Assembly (NCBI GenBank): GCA_046343855.1
Contig: JBKDMX010000015.1
Span: 15,745 to 79,744, forward strand
DNA length: 64,000 nucleotides
Origin: Planctomycetia bacterium
GTDB taxonomy: Bacteria; Planctomycetota; Planctomycetia; Pirellulales; UBA1268
Direction: 5' to 3'
The stretch's first letter is position 1. Each line of letters starts with the position of its first letter. The position numbers and the translations under genes were made by a program. Of the stretch, positions 38,659 through 50,104 are shown piece after piece. Below the pieces are notes generated by a model. That model did not search any database. It was given only the letters and a program-made list of their open reading frames with translations, and was not told the origin of the DNA.

Positions 38659-38815
38659 GACAGGCACGGAGGCCTGTCGTACGAGCGAGCGGAGCTCGCC
38701 AAGCGAAAATCGGCAGGATGCTGATGTTTCGCGTGTCGCGAGACAGGCACGGAGGCCTGGCGTACGAGCGAGCGGAGCTCGCCAAGGACACATGAGCAGG
38801 ATGCTCATGTGTCCG
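38659..38815 (+). repeat. Tandem of two 83-bp units: REP-B (minus) plus family G double hairpin
   Basis: Unit: GACAGGCACGGAGGCCTG.CGTAC, then GA-GCGAGC-GGA-GCTCGC-CAA, then stem-AGGAT-stem. The long stems differ between units but each pairs. Confidence 0.88.
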
Positions 38816-38818
38816 TGT

Positions 38819-38857
38819 AAAAAGAAAAGGGCCCGTGGTTGGGGAAACCACGGGCCC
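38819..38857 (-). terminator. Rho-independent terminator
   Basis: Perfect 12-bp stem GGGCCCGTGGTT/AACCACGGGCCC followed on the minus strand by TTTTCTTTTT. Confidence 0.85.
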
Positions 38858-38990
38858 GAGTAGCGGCTATCGAGGTGTGGGTCTTTGGGGGGGGGGAACA
38901 GCCGCTGAAAAGATTGTTGTTGTATTGTTGAATCCGAGGTCTCCGCCACCTCGGACACCACAAACATACACGGCATCCGGCGCCGTGTCG
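38819..38990 (-). ncRNA. Candidate small RNA or leader
   Basis: Three hairpins, an AAC-rich linker and a C10 loop end in a strong terminator. No credible CDS lies upstream on this strand. Confidence 0.45.
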
Positions 38991-39171
38991 AATCTGGAGC
39001 CGGGAATTTTTTGGACTGCGGATTTTCCGCGAAATAAAGCTGTTTCGGCGGGGCGAACGCCAGAGCGAATGGCCGCTGGACACGTGGGCGTGGCCGGTTG
39101 GGACGATTTCGGTAGGCTACCCCCATCCAACCCCCAAACCCTCGCACGTATCAGAAAGGCTTCGCACCACG

Positions 39172-41889
<2,718 letters not shown>

Positions 41890-42157
41890 CCGCGATCGGC
41901 GCCACCGCTTCCTCCGTCACGTCTTCGCGAGGCCGCACGGCTTTTCAGCGGGCGGTTTTTCGCGGGAAAACCGCGCGGGCGGAAACAGGGCTCGCGCCGG
42001 CGAAATCGCAGGGGTTCTGTTCGTCGCGGCTCTGATTTTTTACAGTGCGATTCGTCCGTCGAGCGGATCGACGGCCGATGTGGCCCCTGGAATGCGGGCC
42101 GATGTCACTCGAGTGTGCGGCTTCCGACGGGAGTCGCCCACGAGGGAGGGAGTTTTC

Positions 42158-43747
42158 GTGGGAAGCTCGACCGCTTTTTCATCTGGTTCGCCGGTTGCCG
42201 CCGCCGCCAGGAGCGAGCCGAAGGCATCGTCCCGTTCCGCGATCACGCGGGTCGTGTTCGAAGAGCTCGCGCGGGTGCAGGCGCCGGCGCAGCGCAGGCC
42301 GCTGACGCCGGGCATGACGCTCGCGGAGGCCGGAGTCGGCCCGATCCGCTTCCTCGACGCCGTCAACCGGATCGAGGGCCGCTACCAGATGCGGTTCGCC
42401 GACGAATGGCTCGATCGGATCCACACCTGCGGCGATCTCGTCGAGTGCATCGCCGAGCATATGTTCGACGACGTCGATCGTCAGCCGCCGGTGGCCCCGC
42501 GGCAGTCCAGCCCGCCGGCTGGCAGACCCGCTCCGGTCGCGACGGCCGACGAGGAGCAGCTGTTTCCGGAGTGCGTCGCGCTTGAGGAGCGGTTGCTCGG
42601 CCTCGAGCAGGCCGGCCTTGCCAATCCCTTTCTCGTGGCCAACGAGCGGGTGGACCAGCGCGTCGCCCGCATCGACGGCCGCGACGTGATCAGCTTCACG
42701 AGCTTCGATTACCTGGGACTCGCCGGCCATCCCGACGTGACGCGGGCCGCCAAGGCGGCGATCGACCGGTTCGGCTGCAGCGCCTCCGCCAGCCGCATGG
42801 TCGGCGGCAACAACACGATCCTTGACGCGCTCGACGACGAACTCGCGAGGTTTCTCGGCGCCGAGCGGGCGGTGGTCTTCCCGTGCGGCTATGGCACGAA
42901 TGCCTCCGTCTTCAACCATCTCTTCGGCGAGGGCGATCTCATCCTCTACGACGAACTCGCCCACAACAGCATCATGCAGGGGGCGAATGCGTCGAAGGCT
43001 GGGAAGCGTTCGTTCCGCCACAACGACCACGAGCAGCTCGACGGCCTGCTGCGCGACCTGCGGTCGCAGTATCGCCGCGTAGTGGTGGCGATCGAGGGCG
43101 TCTATAGCATGGATGGCGACTATCCCGATCTGCCGAAATTCATCGCGGTGAAGAAGCGGCACGACGCCTTGCTCTACGTGGACGAGGCCCACTCGCTCGG
43201 CACGATGGGCCCCGGCGGCCGCGGCATCTGCGACTTCTTCGGCGTCGATCCTGCCGAGGGCGACCTTTGGATGGGCACGATCAGCAAGGCGCTCGGCGCC
43301 GGCGGCGGCTATCTTGCCGGCCGCGATCGGCTGATCCGCTACCTCGGCTACACGACACCGGCCTTCGTCTTTTCGACCGCCTGCTCGCCGCCGAACGCGG
43401 CCGCCGCGCTCGAGGGGCTGCGGGTGATCCAGCGCGAGCCCTGGCGTGTGACGCGGCTCCGCGAGCGGTCGGACTTGTTTTTGAAACTGGCTCACGACTG
43501 CAATCTCGACACCGGCACGAGCGCCGACACCCCCGTGATCCCGATCATCCTCGGCAGTTCGTCGCGGGCGATCCTCGTCTCGCAGATGCTGCTCGAGCGG
43601 GGCATCAACGCCCGGCCGATCCTCTATCCGGCCGTCCGCGAGTCGGCGGCCCGCGTGCGGTTTTTCCTCACGGCGGAGCACACGGAGGAGCAGATCGTGC
43701 GCACCGTCGAAACGCTCGCCGCCGTTGTCGCCGCCACTGCGCGGTAG
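42158..43747 (+). CDS. PLP-dependent alpha-oxoamine synthase (BioF/SPT family) with N-terminal ACP-like domain
   Basis: GAGGGAG RBS and GTG start. SFDYLGL, SASRMVGG, HNSI, EGVYSMDGD, DEAHS, GTISKALG. The N-terminus has an ACP-like helix pattern. Confidence 0.88.
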   Translation: MGSSTAFSSGSPVAAAARSEPKASSRSAITRVVFEELARVQAPAQRRPLTPGMTLAEAGVGPIRFLDAVNRIEGRYQMRFADEWLDRIHTCGDLVECIAEHMFDDVDRQPPVAPRQSSPPAGRPAPVATADEEQLFPECVALEERLLGLEQAGLANPFLVANERVDQRVARIDGRDVISFTSFDYLGLAGHPDVTRAAKAAIDRFGCSASASRMVGGNNTILDALDDELARFLGAERAVVFPCGYGTNASVFNHLFGEGDLILYDELAHNSIMQGANASKAGKRSFRHNDHEQLDGLLRDLRSQYRRVVVAIEGVYSMDGDYPDLPKFIAVKKRHDALLYVDEAHSLGTMGPGGRGICDFFGVDPAEGDLWMGTISKALGAGGGYLAGRDRLIRYLGYTTPAFVFSTACSPPNAAAALEGLRVIQREPWRVTRLRERSDLFLKLAHDCNLDTGTSADTPVIPIILGSSSRAILVSQMLLERGINARPILYPAVRESAARVRFFLTAEHTEEQIVRTVETLAAVVAATAR

Positions 43748-43755
43748 CCTGCCTG

Positions 43756-46095
43756 TCACGCGACGTGGCGGGCCGGCTCGCCGGTGCGGTTGAGCGCGGG
43801 CGAGCCAAACGGCGCAGTGCCGAAGATGCCGTCGCGCCAGGATGCCTGATTTTGTCGGGCCCGCCACCGGGTGACGATCGCCTCGGTCACCACGAGCAAG
43901 GCCGGCAGGAGGATGAGCTCGGCGATCGTCGCGGCGGCCACCGCCGCGCAGGCCAGCCGCCCAAAGCCGGCGAGCGACGGCACGCTGCTGGCGAGCACGA
44001 CGGCGAAGCCCACGGTGAGCACCAGTCCGCCGATCATGATCGGGTTGCCCGTTTCGGCGACGGCCCGCCGCACGGCCGTCGTGATCGACACCCCTTCGCG
44101 GCGCTGCCGCGACACCGCCGAGAGCACGTGCACGGTGTCGTCCACCGCGAGCCCCAGGCAGACGTTGAAGACGATCACGGTGGCCGGGTCGAGCGACCGG
44201 CCGCTCAGGACGACGAGCGAGGCGATCACGGCGAGCGGGAAGATGTTGGGGATCAGGCTCACGATGCCCGCCAGCGGCGAGCGGAAGGCCAGCGCGAGGA
44301 TCGTGCCGATGACGGCGATCTCGAGCGTGAGGCTCGAGCCCAGGTCGCGGACGAGCTGCCGAATATTGCGGGCCGACACGACCGAGATGCCCGAGAGTTC
44401 GAACGTCCAGCCTGGGCGGGCGGTGGCGATCCCCGCGAGCCCCGTATCGATCCGGTCGTAGACCTTCTCGAGCGCCCGCGAGCCGGCGTCGGCCACGCGG
44501 GTTCGCACGATCGCCATGCGGGCTGCCGGGTCGATCATGTCCGGGAAGTGGTCGGCATCGAGCCGGCTGCGGGCGCGGTCGGGGAGCGACGCAGCCACCG
44601 TGGCGAGCGAGATCGGCCGCGTGAGCCCGCCATCCCGTTCGAGCACGCCATGCACCGCCTCGAGCGCGTCGAGCACCGCCGGATCGCGCCAGTCGATGCC
44701 TGCGGGCCACCGGACGACGACGTCGATGCCGGAGGTGCCGCCAAAATCGCGGTCCACTCCCATCAGCGCCCGCGAGGCCGGGGCGCCGCGCGGCAGCGCG
44801 TCGGCCACGCGGTTGTCGGCATCGAGCCCGAGGCTCACGAACCCCAGCACCGCCGTGGCGGCCACGCCGGCGATCGCGATCGGGCGGGCATGGCGGACCG
44901 AGAAGGCGGTGAGCAGGCCGGCGAGCCGGCCGGCCGGTCGCCACGATCGGCCGATGTGCATGCCACGGAAGAGGCTGGTCGAGGCGATGAGGGGCGTGAG
45001 GAGCGTGACGGCCAGGAAGCTGGCGATCGCGCCGGCGGCCGCCGCGATCCCGAACAGCCGCACCGTCTCGATCCGTGCGAAGGCCAGCGACGCGAAGCCG
45101 ATCGCCGTGACGAGGCTCGTCAGGCCGCAGGCGGCGCCGATCCGCTGCATCGCGCTGCCCGAGGCGGAGAGGGCATCGACGCCGCGGCGGCGGCTGCGGC
45201 GCATGTCTTCGATGAAGTGGATCGAGTCGCAGGTGCCCACGACGAGCGCCAGCGACGGCACTACGCTCGTGAGGATGTTCACCGGCGCCCCGCAGAGACC
45301 GAGGATGCCCATCGCCCAGACCGCGCCGACGAAAGGCGGCACGCTCGCCACCACGGTCGAACGGAGGCTGCGGGCCGCGAGGGCCGAGAGCACGACCGCC
45401 AGCATGAGCCCCATCGAGTTGAAAACGATCATGTCGCGCCGCAGGGCCTGCGTGGCCTGGTGGCGGAGGGCCGGCAGGCCGGTGAGTTCGAGCGCGAGCG
45501 GCGTGCCCGATCGCCGCGCGTCGGCGAGCACCTGCTCGATGGCGGCGAGCGCCGGCCCCAGCCCGGCCGAGGCATTGGCCTCCGCGGTCAGCCGCACGAG
45601 CACGAGCGACGACGCGGCGTCGGGGGTGAGCAGGTGCCCGGCGGTCAGCGGATGGTCGAGGGCGCGGCCGCGGGCAGCGGCGAGCTGCTCCGCATCGAGC
45701 GGCTCCGACGAGCGGGGGATCACGGGCAGGAGGGCGCCCGCGGTCCCCTGACGGCGCACGTCGAAGATCGAACGCACCTGCGCCACGCCCTTCACCCGCC
45801 TCAGCTCGTCGCAGAGCCGACAAAGGTCGTCGAGAGGCCGGGCTGCGAAGAGGTCGCCGGCGGGGGCGGTCGCGCGGATGATGCAATCGCGGTCGGGGGC
45901 GCCGAAGCGGCCGGCGATCTCGTCGATGAGCGCGAACTCGGCGTCGTTGTCGCGCAGGAGCGAACGCAGGTCGTCGTCGAGCCGGAGCCGGGAGATGCCG
46001 AAGAGGGCCAGCGCCGTCAGGACGGCGGCGAGGACGAGGGCAGGGGCTCGCCAGCGGCCGGCAGCAGGTGGCGTTCCTCGGGGTCCACGATCCAT
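43756..46095 (-). CDS. MMPL/RND-family transporter
   Basis: Two TM repeats, ELTGLP, LTSLVTAIGF, GLAVDDTVH, FGRL. Confidence 0.88.
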   Translation of the reverse strand: MDRGPRGTPPAAGRWRAPALVLAAVLTALALFGISRLRLDDDLRSLLRDNDAEFALIDEIAGRFGAPDRDCIIRATAPAGDLFAARPLDDLCRLCDELRRVKGVAQVRSIFDVRRQGTAGALLPVIPRSSEPLDAEQLAAARGRALDHPLTAGHLLTPDAASSLVLVRLTAEANASAGLGPALAAIEQVLADARRSGTPLALELTGLPALRHQATQALRRDMIVFNSMGLMLAVVLSALAARSLRSTVVASVPPFVGAVWAMGILGLCGAPVNILTSVVPSLALVVGTCDSIHFIEDMRRSRRRGVDALSASGSAMQRIGAACGLTSLVTAIGFASLAFARIETVRLFGIAAAAGAIASFLAVTLLTPLIASTSLFRGMHIGRSWRPAGRLAGLLTAFSVRHARPIAIAGVAATAVLGFVSLGLDADNRVADALPRGAPASRALMGVDRDFGGTSGIDVVVRWPAGIDWRDPAVLDALEAVHGVLERDGGLTRPISLATVAASLPDRARSRLDADHFPDMIDPAARMAIVRTRVADAGSRALEKVYDRIDTGLAGIATARPGWTFELSGISVVSARNIRQLVRDLGSSLTLEIAVIGTILALAFRSPLAGIVSLIPNIFPLAVIASLVVLSGRSLDPATVIVFNVCLGLAVDDTVHVLSAVSRQRREGVSITTAVRRAVAETGNPIMIGGLVLTVGFAVVLASSVPSLAGFGRLACAAVAAATIAELILLPALLVVTEAIVTRWRARQNQASWRDGIFGTAPFGSPALNRTGEPARHVA

Positions 46096-46517
46096 CCCCG
46101 GCAGTTGAACGCCCCGCACCGGCAGGGGATCGCCGCGTCGGCCGGCCAGCAATAGTCGATCGAAAGCTCCTCGCCGGGCTCGATGGTTCGGATCGTTTGC
46201 AGCCACAACCGGTCTTCCTGGGCGGGAGCGTCTTCGTCGAACCAATAGAAAAGTTCGCAGTTGGGATCGCAACTGTGATTCACGAATCGCAGCGGGGCGG
46301 CCGGTTCGAGCACCCGGCCGCTCTGCAATTCCATGCAATAACTGGGGTCGGCGGGATGCTCGTCCAGCACCTGACCGAGAATTTCCCCGATCACGATGCC
46401 CGATTTGAGCCGCCGAGCCGCGAAGACGCCCTGGCCGACATGGGTGGAGCCCACGCGGATGAGCCGCCGCAGGCGGTCGCGATTGTTTTCGGCAACGGGG
46501 GTATGCTGAGAACTCAT
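46017..46517 (-). CDS. SET-domain lysine methyltransferase with post-SET cysteines
   Basis: GQGVFA, RFVNHSCDPNC, GEELSIDY, CRCGAFNCRG. Confidence 0.92.
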   Translation of the reverse strand: MSSQHTPVAENNRDRLRRLIRVGSTHVGQGVFAARRLKSGIVIGEILGQVLDEHPADPSYCMELQSGRVLEPAAPLRFVNHSCDPNCELFYWFDEDAPAQEDRLWLQTIRTIEPGEELSIDYCWPADAAIPCRCGAFNCRGWIVDPEERHLLPAAGEPLPSSSPPS

Positions 46518-46596
46518 GGTGCGAAGGCCCGGGAGCGTGTTTCCGCCGGGCACATCGTCCAATTCGGGCCCTTGCAGCCAAGGAACTCTACCGATC

Positions 46597-47664
46597 ATGC
46601 TCCGCACGAGTCAACGCATCGTCGTCATCGCCGCGTGGCTTGCGATCGGCGCGTCGGCCGTGGCCACGCGGGGCGACGAGTCGCCCGCCACGCCGCCCGC
46701 CCCCCGCACTCTGCGGATCGTCTGCTTCAATGCCGAAAATCTCGCGGCCCCCGGCGAAGACACCAAGCTGACTCGATTCCGGTTCGAGCCCGCCCGCCGC
46801 CGCCACCTCGAACGGGTGGCCGCGGTGGTCGAGACGCTCGCCCCCGACATCATCGTGATGCCGGAGGTGATATCGGCCGCCGGCGTGGAGGCCGTCGTCG
46901 GGCTCCTCCACGAGAAGGGGCTGGCCGACTACCAGGGTCACCACGTCAACGGCCGCGACAATTTCTCCGGATTCGACGTCGCGATCCTCTCGCGGCTCGA
47001 GCCCGATCTCGTGGACGGCCGTCGGATTCATTTTTTTGCGCCCGGCCGGCAGGCCGACGGCGGCCCCGACGAGGCCTGGATGCAGCAGGACTACTCCTTC
47101 GAGGGGGAGCACGGCCGCGAGCAAAAGAAGACGGCGGTGCTGCAGCGGCATGCGGTGGCCTATTTCACCATCGGCGGCCGGAAGATCGCCGTCTGCGGCG
47201 TGCACCTGAAGAGCAATCCCTCCGAAATCTCGAGCAACGCCCAGCGGACGGCGGAGACCAAGATCGTGCGCGAGATCGTGAAGCGTAAGATCGTCTCGCT
47301 CGGCTACCTGCCGATCGTGCTCGGCGACATCAACGACTACGATCCCGACGTGCCGATGGCCGACTCCTTCCGCACGACGCGGACGACGGTGCTGCGCGAC
47401 CTCAAGGACTACGACGGCGCGACGTCGGGCGAAGAGCTTGTCAATGCGGCGACCTTCATGCCGCGGGTCGCCGATCGCTACACGTCGCACTGGGATTTCA
47501 ACGAGAACGGCGCCGCCGACCGCGATGACGTCTTCACGATGATCGACCACATCCTCGTGCACCGTGACCTCGCCCCCGGGATCACGCGGGCCTTCATCTC
47601 CCACGCCATCGATCTCGACGTGTCGGACCACTTCCCGGTGGTCGTCGATATGCGGCTGCCGTAG
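46597..47664 (+). CDS. Secreted endonuclease/exonuclease/phosphatase-family protein
   Basis: Signal peptide, FNAENL, PDII...E, VHLKS, GDIND, IDHI, SDHFPV. Confidence 0.88.
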   Translation: MLRTSQRIVVIAAWLAIGASAVATRGDESPATPPAPRTLRIVCFNAENLAAPGEDTKLTRFRFEPARRRHLERVAAVVETLAPDIIVMPEVISAAGVEAVVGLLHEKGLADYQGHHVNGRDNFSGFDVAILSRLEPDLVDGRRIHFFAPGRQADGGPDEAWMQQDYSFEGEHGREQKKTAVLQRHAVAYFTIGGRKIAVCGVHLKSNPSEISSNAQRTAETKIVREIVKRKIVSLGYLPIVLGDINDYDPDVPMADSFRTTRTTVLRDLKDYDGATSGEELVNAATFMPRVADRYTSHWDFNENGAADRDDVFTMIDHILVHRDLAPGITRAFISHAIDLDVSDHFPVVVDMRLP

Positions 47665-47683
47665 GGCGGGGAGCCGGAGGCAA

Positions 47684-47707
47684 GACAGGCACGGAGGCCT
47701 GTCCTAG
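47684..47707 (-). repeat. REP family B overlapping a stop codon
   Basis: Minus strand reads CTAGGACAGGCCTCCGTGCCTGTC. Its TAG is the stop of 47704-48615. Confidence 0.85.
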
Positions 47708-48615
47708 GCGGCCAGTTCGGCGCGGATTCGCTCGAGGAGTTTCTTCGTCGCGAGGATGCCCTCGGCCTCGGGCAGGGCCGTGCCCTCGTACTCGATGCCG
47801 ATCCAGCCGCGATAGCCCGCGCCCACCACGAGCCGAAGCATTTTCTCGTAGTCGGTGCGAACCTCGTTGCCCGCGTCGTCGAACTCGTGGCTCTTGGCGC
47901 TCACGCCCTTCGCGAAGGGCATGAGCTCCTCGACGCCACGGTAGCGGTCGTAGTCGTGGAAGTTGCCGAAATCGGGCAGCGTGCCGCAGTTCGGCTTGCC
48001 GACCCGCTTCATCACGCCCGCCAGCCACTCGCCGTTGCTCGAGAGCCCGCCGTGGTTTTCCACGATCACGTTCATCTGCATCTGCGAGGCGTAGTCGGAC
48101 AGCCGCGCGAGGCCGTCGGCGGCCAGTTTCTGCTGCTCGTCGAACGAGCCTTCACTCGCCGCGTTGACGCGAATCGAGTGGCAGCCCAGCCGCTTCGCGG
48201 CCTCGACCCAGGGGAAGTGGTTTTCGACCGCCTTCGTGCGGGCGGCGGAGTCGGGATCGCCGAGGTTGCCGAGGCCGTCGCACATGACGAGCACGTTCGT
48301 CACGCCCTCGTCGGAGGCCCGCTTGGCGAGCTCGGCGATGTAGTCGGTATCCCGCACCTTGTCCTTGAAGAACTGATTGACGTATTCCACGGCGTCGATG
48401 CCAAACGTCTGCTTCGCGGCGCGCGGGAAGTCGAGGTTGTCGAGCTTGCCGGCGAAGAGCGTCTTGTGGAGCGACCACTCGGCGAGCGAGATCTTGAAGA
48501 GCGGCGCATACGCGGGAGGGGTGGCGGTGGCGGGCGAAGACGCAAGCCGGGCGGCCGCGCCGGCTGTGGCGAGGGCCGCGAGAAATCCGCGGCGGGTCTG
48601 CAAACGCTTCGTCAT
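47704..48615 (-). CDS. Tat-exported sugar phosphate isomerase/epimerase (xylose isomerase-like TIM barrel)
   Basis: TRRGFL Tat motif, ISLAEWS, VENHGG, LPDFGNF, SAK, IEYEG. Confidence 0.88.
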   Translation of the reverse strand: MTKRLQTRRGFLAALATAGAAARLASSPATATPPAYAPLFKISLAEWSLHKTLFAGKLDNLDFPRAAKQTFGIDAVEYVNQFFKDKVRDTDYIAELAKRASDEGVTNVLVMCDGLGNLGDPDSAARTKAVENHFPWVEAAKRLGCHSIRVNAASEGSFDEQQKLAADGLARLSDYASQMQMNVIVENHGGLSSNGEWLAGVMKRVGKPNCGTLPDFGNFHDYDRYRGVEELMPFAKGVSAKSHEFDDAGNEVRTDYEKMLRLVVGAGYRGWIGIEYEGTALPEAEGILATKKLLERIRAELAA

Positions 48616-48628
48616 GCCGATCGGGCCC

Positions 48629-49993
48629 TCATGCTCGTGTCTCGGAGGCCTGTTCTTCCGGTCGAATATACCGCTGCGTGGGCAGGAACACAGCCACCGG
48701 CAGGAAGCAGACGGCCGCCGCGGCCATGGCTCCGGCGAAGAGCAGGTAGTAGGTGGTGCCGGTCACCAGCGGCGTGCCGTCGGCCGCCGTCGTGAGCCAA
48801 TTGACGCCGGCCGCGAGCAGGTTGCCGGCCGACACGCTCAAGAGATACAGGCCCATCACGATGCTTTTCAGGGCCAGCGGAGCCTGGGTGTAGGAAAACT
48901 CGAGGCAGGTGACGCTCACCATGATCTCGGCAACCGTGAGCACCGCGTAGGCGGCGATCTGCCAGCCGATCGTCGGTCGCCCGCCCGCCTCGATGAGCGC
49001 TTCGGCCCAGGCGATGATCCCGAACGACGCGGCGGCCAGGAACAGCCCCAGCGCGATCCGCGAGAGGGGCGGCATCGGCACGAACCGCTCGATGGTCGGC
49101 CAGACGACGTAGGAAAACAGCGGGATGAAGGCGAGCACGAGGAGCGGATTGACCGCCTGGATCTGCGAGGGGAGCCATTCGATGCCGGCGAACTGCCGAT
49201 CGAGCTTCGCGGCCTGCAGCACCCACGACGATCCCGTCTGGTCGAAGAGCGCCCAGAAGACCGCCACGAAGAGATAGACGATTCCCAGGCGGCTGAGCGC
49301 CGATCTGCCCTCCGGCCCGAGCGCTTCCTTGAGCGCGGCCAAGCCCGCCGGCGGCACGTGCACGAAGGTGTGGCGGCCGAGCCAGAAGATCACCGTGGCC
49401 ACGGCCATGAAGAGCCCAGGCACGCCGAAAGCCACCCACGGGCCATGCCGCTCGAGCAGCCACGGCGTGAGCAGGCTCGACACGAACGCGCCGAGGTTGA
49501 TCGCGAAATAGAACCAGCTGAAGACGCGGGGCAGGAGGTGCTCGTTCGAGGGGCCGAATTGGTCGCCCACGTGCGCCGACACGCAGGGCTTGATGCCCCC
49601 CGAGCCGATCGCGATCAGCGCGAGCCCGATGGCCAGGCCGGTGCGGGTCTCGTCGAGCGCAAGCGCCGCGTGGCCGGCGCAGTAGACGAGCGAGAGCAGC
49701 ATGATCGTCGGATACTTGCCGAGCAGGAAGTCGGCGAGGATTGCCCCCACGATCGGAAAGAAGTAGACGGCCGCCGAGAAGGCGTGATACCAGAACTTCG
49801 CCTCGCCTTCCCCCATCGGCTGCGGGGCGCCGTCCCGGCCCGCCAGCAGCGTGGTCATGAAGACCACGAGGATCGCCTTCATGCCGTAGTAGCTGAACCG
49901 CTCGGCGGCCTCGTTGCCGACGATGAAGGGCACGCCGGCGGGCATCCGCGTCGTCGCCTGCGGGCTCGTGCGGTAGGGCTGGCGTGCTGCCAT
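48629..49993 (-). CDS. POT/PTR proton-dependent oligopeptide transporter
   Basis: [10 protein letters not shown] (ExxERFxYY), [16 protein letters not shown]. Confidence 0.93.
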   Translation of the reverse strand: MAARQPYRTSPQATTRMPAGVPFIVGNEAAERFSYYGMKAILVVFMTTLLAGRDGAPQPMGEGEAKFWYHAFSAAVYFFPIVGAILADFLLGKYPTIMLLSLVYCAGHAALALDETRTGLAIGLALIAIGSGGIKPCVSAHVGDQFGPSNEHLLPRVFSWFYFAINLGAFVSSLLTPWLLERHGPWVAFGVPGLFMAVATVIFWLGRHTFVHVPPAGLAALKEALGPEGRSALSRLGIVYLFVAVFWALFDQTGSSWVLQAAKLDRQFAGIEWLPSQIQAVNPLLVLAFIPLFSYVVWPTIERFVPMPPLSRIALGLFLAAASFGIIAWAEALIEAGGRPTIGWQIAAYAVLTVAEIMVSVTCLEFSYTQAPLALKSIVMGLYLLSVSAGNLLAAGVNWLTTAADGTPLVTGTTYYLLFAGAMAAAAVCFLPVAVFLPTQRYIRPEEQASETRA

Positions 49994-50104
49994 GGGCGAG
50001 GGCCTTCCGGGAGGTGGCGTTCGTCGTCCGGGGAGCATGGAGGATCGTGCGGCGAAAGGCAATCCGGATGGCAACCGGCGCGGAATCTGCACAATGGACC
50101 GATC

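Noticed and set aside
38659..38815. Repeat-variable-repeat pattern resembling a mini CRISPR array (also at 63704-63845)
   Set aside because: Only two units per locus, the variable parts are self-complementary hairpins rather than spacers, and there are no cas genes.
41952..41974. Hairpin GCGGTTTT/AAAACCGC after acnA
   Set aside because: No U-tract follows it and it matches no repeat family; insufficient for a terminator or IRE-like call.
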